From NCBI GenBank assembly GCA_039189765.1, contig JBCCYL010000019.1, positions 22,038 to 86,037 on the forward strand: 64,000 bases of DNA, read 5' to 3'. Below, in pieces: positions 59,285 through 64,000 of the stretch. The notes under the pieces were generated by a model that did not search any database, was not told the origin of the DNA, and saw only the letters and a list, made by a program, of their open reading frames with translations. This DNA comes from Cyanobacteria bacterium P01_F01_bin.150. GTDB taxonomy: Bacteria > Cyanobacteriota > Cyanobacteriia > CAKZMO01. Every line of letters starts with the position of its first letter. The first letter of the stretch is position 1. A program made the translations under genes and the position numbers.

Positions 59285-62200
59285 TAGGCTTGTCCATTAC
59301 CGCTGGGCTGAGCCAAATTTCTAAACCGAGTAAATTGCGGTTCAAACAGAAGTTTGACAGTGCCCACTGGACCATTTCGATGCTTGGTAATAATCACCTC
59401 GGCAATGCCGCGATCGGGTGTGTCTGGATTGTAGTATTCATCGCGATAGAGCATCATGATTAAGTCAGCATCTTGTTCAATTGAGTTGTGGACAACTATG
59501 TTATTTGCAATGAAATTATGATGTTCTGGAACTGTTAAATCAAACACCTCTTCCATACCATCTGGTTCGATAGATGTGATTGTATCCCAATATAAATCAC
59601 TCGTTGCTAACTGAGATAATTTTGATGAGTTTACGATTTTTGCTACTTTTTTAGCCCTTTCTCTACCAAGATTACAAGTGTATAAAGATGTTCCGCAGTA
59701 TTTTTGCCCCATTGCCGATTGCACTTCACGTAAGTTTAGATTAGCTGCTTTCATTGATGGGACTACGTAGTTTTTCCATGCTTGCAAAGGGATAACATCT
59801 CGATTGGTATTGGCGACGCGTTGCTCCAGATATTCTGCTATCTGATGAAGGGCTGCCAGTTTGTATTTGCCTACTGCACCGACCTTATTGATAAACAACT
59901 CCAAGTCTGTTTTGCCTGTAATTATCACATGATGCTGAAGACGACCTTTATCATCTTGCCCAACGGATTTACATCGAGCATTTATCCCTAATCTTAGGAG
60001 CAGCGATTGTACATTTTGTGCCAGTTTCCTGCTGCTGCTAGCATAGAACGCTATCGGACGAAGTCGTTTACCTTCAACTAGCTTGATGCAACCATCCGTA
60101 CTCCATAAATGTCTGAGAAAAACACCAATAGCTCTGGTTGGCTGTTGAAAAACTTCATTTGGAATAAATTTTTCATGAGAGCGAAGTCCAAAAATCCCTA
60201 GTTCCTGAAACCATGACGATACTGGATTTTTGATGCCATGGGTTAAATGTTGGGCTGAGGGTAAATAAACTTGATACCAGGTGCGTTCGGCCTTGATACG
60301 GGGTTTTAATGCATGCCCAAAGATTTGAGTAGCTAAGTCAACAACAGTTTGGGCCAAATCATATTCACGACTCGTATATTGTATGGAGTGCCGTGGTAAC
60401 GTACAGCCGTCCCCAATTAAATGTGCTATGAGGGCCAATTCTTGGTCTGAAAGTGTTTGTACATATTCAGATGAAATTTTTCTTGGCAATGCAAGACGAT
60501 CACCTACATTTAATTCATCCAATCGCTTCCAACCATCAAATGCGCGAAACTTATGATTGGCAGTAGCTCTAATACTACGACCTAGTCGAGTTGTAAGTCT
60601 GAAAACAGGCTTTGTCCCTGTGCAAAAAGCATTGCTCACTCTTGCTGTTTCAATTTTGAATGTTTCCTCATTCAGTGCCCAAATCTGAAAATCCGATGCT
60701 CCAGCTAAAGTGCTAATGGGAACTTGCTCTCCTGTTTGCGCCAGAGTGATGAGGGTATCTCCCGTTAAGCAGCCCGATTCCCTGAGGTCAGACATCATGG
60801 GACGCTTATTCGTTCTTGACTCTACTCCACGACTAAGCTGAGATAACGTAATAATAGGTACGTTTAATTCACGAGCTAGCTGTTTAAGCGCTCGCGTCAT
60901 TTTCGACAATTCTTGAACACGATTGTCTCCTCCACCTTCCATTAGTTGGAGATAATCAATGAGGATTAGTCCCAATGCCCCCCCCTGTTCAGCTTGGAGG
61001 CGACGACACTTAGAGCGGATTTCGTTCACTGTAATATTGGCCGTATCATCGATAAAAATTGGTATTTGGGACAGACTATCAATCGCATTCGACAATGGTG
61101 CCCACTCGTGTTGACTAAGGCGACCGCTTCGTAAGCGTCCACTTTCCACCTGAGCCTCACTGGACAGTAAACGATAGACAAGCTGCTCCTTGGACATCTC
61201 CAAGCTAAAGATAGCGATGGGAAGCTTGGTGCTGGAGGCTGCGATATTGCGAGCAATGTTCAAAACAAAACTTGTGTTATGAACACAAATATCATTGGCT
61301 ACAAAGTTATGGGTGTCGGGAATTGTCAGGTCGTAAACTTGACCGTCTCCCACATAGTCAATAGCAATGATTTCATCCCAATACACATCACTGGTGGCTA
61401 AATTTTGCAGCGATTCATCGTCTAGTGCGATCGCCAATGACATCAGGCGATCGCGCGATAACGATCGTTTACCTACATGGATGTTGCTAGTACCTTCTAA
61501 TCCAACTCTTTTAGCTAAAGAAGTCCAACTTTCATTACCTTTTGCCAACGCTAGATGATTCCAAATGCCAACAGGTACTAGATCCCGACTAGTGTGTGGC
61601 TTGCGGTGGGCAATTGCGGATTCAACTGCTAAAACCGCCTCTTCTTTGCCAAATATTCCAATGTCATCAATAAAATTCCGAATGGAGCAGGCATCTGTAA
61701 TATCAAGCTGCCATGCTATTCGATGATGACCATCATATTTTACCGAGCGCTTTTTAAGAGATGCAATCACTCCAAATCGCAATAGCAAATGTTGAGTTTG
61801 CCGAGCTAAAGTCTCACTAACACTTGCGTATCCTAATTGCGCCTGTCCAGAGGTCAAGACGCTTGCCCAACCATCCGTGGCAAATAATCGATTAAGAAAC
61901 AGGGCAAGCTGCGATCGCTCCAGGCGAAATACCATCTTGGGGATGAATTTTGTGTGGGAATCCGTACCCCATAAATCTAATGCCTGTAGCCAAGCCGTCA
62001 AATTGTCTTGACCAGCCATGTGTCGCCGTTGAGCAAGGGCATCTTTATCTTGGGATACTCGAAAGCTAGTTGCACGCTTTCCGTTGGAGTTGTCTCTTTG
62101 AATGCTCAGATTGCCAAACTGCTCTATGGATCTTTGAAAATCAGCTTGGATGACTGGATTAAGGTTGGTAAAACTAGGACAGGTATGGGTTAAGCAACTA

Positions 62201-63270
62201 TCTCCCAGTAAATAGGCCAGTATTTTAATGTCGCACTCTCTGTAAGTATCTGATCCTGTGATAGGAATACGGCGAGGAACTGCAATTCGATCGCCTATCT
62301 CTAATTCAGAGAGCGATCGCCACCCTTGAATAGTCAGATATGGATGAGTCAGCGTAGTTTCAATCTGACGCCCCAAACGAGTCGTGACTTGGAAAAGGGG
62401 TTTAATGCCATCATCTACATAGACAGATGGAGTCGTTAAGCGCAGTTTAAATTCTTCTGTAAGGGTTAAAAGTTGAGGAGTATGGTAATTGCGATCGCCT
62501 TGATTCCCTGCTTGGTCAGTTGCTGGCTTAATTGGCTTGTAGCAATACAGCTCTTCGATTGTTTTGACAGAGCCATCGGCTAGTACGATCTCAGACTGAG
62601 CTGCTAAACATTTCCCCATCGCTGGACGAGCCGCAGCAATAATCAGATCCGATCGTTGGAACCCCTGAGTCATCGCGTCCAAATCATAAAATCCACAGGG
62701 AATACCAGGTAAAACTAACCCTTCCGACAACTGTTCAATGTCGGCAAAGGTGGTCATAATGACGTCAGCCGTTGAGGTAAGGCCTTTCGTGGGGCGAGTC
62801 TGAGTAACATTAAAAACAGTCTGTTCAGCCTGGTCTAGAAGCTGTGCCAGAGGTGTTTTGGGATCAAAGCCCATTTGGGTAATTTGCGTTCCTGCACTAA
62901 TAAGCTGCCGTCGCATGTACTTATCCATTACAAGCTTGGCATACTGGTCGATATTGACCGCACTAACGGTTCGATCCACTAGCTGGATTAGTCTGGCTTG
63001 GCCTCCCACCTTGTCCAGAACACCCTCATCCCTCAACCATGTAGTAGTCCGCAGCAGATCCGTGGGCTGGCCCTGATTACTCAAGATAAGCACTGCCCGA
63101 TAAATCTCCTGATGGGCACTGATATAAAAGGCTTCAGGCTGGAGAATTTCAGCGACTCGACTGATGGCCTCGGGATCTAGCAAAATACCTCCCAGGATGG
63201 CTTCCTCTGCATCAATATTTTGGGGAGGGAGGCGATCGCTTACCGCTCGGAAACTAGGTTCTTGAACCAT
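59281..63270 (-). CDS. dnaB: Replicative DNA helicase DnaB with two inteins (about 455 aa after splicing)
   Basis: [53 protein letters not shown] and KHRNGP. Confidence 0.97.
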   Translation of the reverse strand: MVQEPSFRAVSDRLPPQNIDAEEAILGGILLDPEAISRVAEILQPEAFYISAHQEIYRAVLILSNQGQPTDLLRTTTWLRDEGVLDKVGGQARLIQLVDRTVSAVNIDQYAKLVMDKYMRRQLISAGTQITQMGFDPKTPLAQLLDQAEQTVFNVTQTRPTKGLTSTADVIMTTFADIEQLSEGLVLPGIPCGFYDLDAMTQGFQRSDLIIAAARPAMGKCLAAQSEIVLADGSVKTIEELYCYKPIKPATDQAGNQGDRNYHTPQLLTLTEEFKLRLTTPSVYVDDGIKPLFQVTTRLGRQIETTLTHPYLTIQGWRSLSELEIGDRIAVPRRIPITGSDTYRECDIKILAYLLGDSCLTHTCPSFTNLNPVIQADFQRSIEQFGNLSIQRDNSNGKRATSFRVSQDKDALAQRRHMAGQDNLTAWLQALDLWGTDSHTKFIPKMVFRLERSQLALFLNRLFATDGWASVLTSGQAQLGYASVSETLARQTQHLLLRFGVIASLKKRSVKYDGHHRIAWQLDITDACSIRNFIDDIGIFGKEEAVLAVESAIAHRKPHTSRDLVPVGIWNHLALAKGNESWTSLAKRVGLEGTSNIHVGKRSLSRDRLMSLAIALDDESLQNLATSDVYWDEIIAIDYVGDGQVYDLTIPDTHNFVANDICVHNTSFVLNIARNIAASSTKLPIAIFSLEMSKEQLVYRLLSSEAQVESGRLRSGRLSQHEWAPLSNAIDSLSQIPIFIDDTANITVNEIRSKCRRLQAEQGGALGLILIDYLQLMEGGGDNRVQELSKMTRALKQLARELNVPIITLSQLSRGVESRTNKRPMMSDLRESGCLTGDTLITLAQTGEQVPISTLAGASDFQIWALNEETFKIETARVSNAFCTGTKPVFRLTTRLGRSIRATANHKFRAFDGWKRLDELNVGDRLALPRKISSEYVQTLSDQELALIAHLIGDGCTLPRHSIQYTSREYDLAQTVVDLATQIFGHALKPRIKAERTWYQVYLPSAQHLTHGIKNPVSSWFQELGIFGLRSHEKFIPNEVFQQPTRAIGVFLRHLWSTDGCIKLVEGKRLRPIAFYASSSRKLAQNVQSLLLRLGINARCKSVGQDDKGRLQHHVIITGKTDLELFINKVGAVGKYKLAALHQIAEYLEQRVANTNRDVIPLQAWKNYVVPSMKAANLNLREVQSAMGQKYCGTSLYTCNLGRERAKKVAKIVNSSKLSQLATSDLYWDTITSIEPDGMEEVFDLTVPEHHNFIANNIVVHNSIEQDADLIMMLYRDEYYNPDTPDRGIAEVIITKHRNGPVGTVKLLFEPQFTRFRNLAQPSGNGQAY
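59485..60771 (-). mobile_element. DnaB intein at the ESG|S site, 429 aa, with a LAGLIDADG endonuclease
   Basis: Starts CLTGDT, ends IVVHN before Ser; motifs [13 protein letters not shown] and [10 protein letters not shown]. Confidence 0.95.
61276..62610 (-). mobile_element. DnaB intein in the Walker A motif (GK|T), 445 aa, with a LAGLIDADG-type endonuclease
   Basis: Starts CLAAQSE, ends ICVHN before Thr; motifs [13 protein letters not shown] and [10 protein letters not shown]. Confidence 0.95.
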
Positions 63271-63714
63271 AATTGAAATTTACTACTCGGCAGGGGATTT
63301 AGTCTAAGGATTAAAGCCAGAAGAGTGCAGTGGCCTTCTTGCCAAGTCACTCAAAGATTAGCAGCAATGAGACCACTGCACTCTGCCATAATCCAGATGA
63401 AGCTGATAAGCAATCCGTAGATAAATAAAATGCTCTCTTAGCTTACTGCGTAAAGCCCACAAGACATTTCATTCTTATGATTGTCTTCGGCTGAAGCGCT
63501 CTGCATCGAAAGACAGCATTGACTGCTACGTTCTGCCTAAACCACTAAACGAAGATAGTTCTTTTATACTTAAAAAGCAATAGCCTTTCAAAACTTCACT
63601 GAACCAGTAGGCGTACAATTTTGAAATGAATCCTATTGAGCTATGCATTATAGAGCCTGAGAAGATTAGCCCATATAGATTTCAGAAGTTTAGAAAAAAC
63701 TTGCCAGAAAGAAG

Positions 63715-63743
63715 TTGACAAGGAGAGGTGAAGTGGATATATT
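63715..63743 (+). promoter_or_regulatory. Strong sigma70-type promoter, probably of an rRNA operon
   Basis: TTGACA (63715-63720), 17-bp spacer, TATATT (63738-63743). Confidence 0.8.
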
Positions 63744-63750
63744 AGTTAAG

Positions 63751-63808
63751 CGCCTGACGAAGCGAGGCACCAAGCGGTGTCGGTCAGCCAGGTGACGAAC
63801 CTAGAAAA
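63751..63808 (+). promoter_or_regulatory. rrn leader boxB-like hairpin and boxA
   Basis: CGCCTG...CAGGTG hairpin, then GAACCTAGAAAA (63797-63808), similar to cyanobacterial boxA GAACCTTGAAAA. Confidence 0.65.
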
Positions 63809-63991
63809 GATAATAGTTTAGAAGCCAGATTAACACATAGACCCGTTTTAATCAAATGACGTTTAATGGACAGTCTATCAGTCTATTGAATGAGATAAGA
63901 TTCCGGGATATTTATGAAAAATGTTCTGGAGCTAGATAGAACTACTCCTCACCTGTATTGTTGGTGCGAGCCAAAGATTCGAGTGAGACTA

Positions 63992-64000
63992 ATATGGAGA
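63992..64000 (+). rRNA. rrs: Probable first bases of 16S rRNA (cut by the window edge)
   Basis: The window ends ...ATGGAGA, matching the start of cyanobacterial 16S (ATGGAGAGTTTGATCC), downstream of the promoter and boxA. Only a few bases are visible. Confidence 0.55.

Noticed and set aside
63321..63384. AGAGTGCAGTGG...CCACTGCACTCT inverted repeat upstream of dnaB
   Set aside because: A real 12-bp IR, but single-copy with a long loop and no assignable function.

Overview
A 64-kb chromosomal window from a cyanobacterium: HIP1 (GCGATCGC) is abundant, and hetR, a patX-like gene and an hpsA-type locus point to a filamentous form, probably non-heterocystous (inference). It is mostly housekeeping: pheS, surE, ribF, miaA, rpsU (missed by the ORF track), srxA, a probable 6S RNA, lexA-like, ddl, aas, a tRNA nucleotidyltransferase, a ROK kinase, ldcA, dnaB with two inteins, and an rRNA operon promoter/leader at the right edge. 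Highlights: (1) an apparently uncharacterised six-gene biosynthetic cluster (50035-56475) with an ATP-grasp ligase, a SyrB2/BarB-type non-heme-iron halogenase (HQA motif), a second Fe/2OG oxygenase, an acyl-CoA-dehydrogenase-like enzyme, a methyltransferase and a sulfotransferase, but no NRPS/PKS or carrier protein; (2) a small RGSGR-ending patX/patS-like ORF just upstream of a divergent hetR; (3) an ~80-bp dispersed MITE/REP-like element with about ten copies; (4) an ECF sigma/cupin anti-sigma module with two matching candidate promoters, next to DUF4331-TPR-HupE/UreJ genes; (5) two DnaB inteins of apparently different age; (6) a C-terminal Hint-domain protein and an orphan Pvc16/DUF4255 gene. 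All calls come from reading motifs by eye; no database searches were run.
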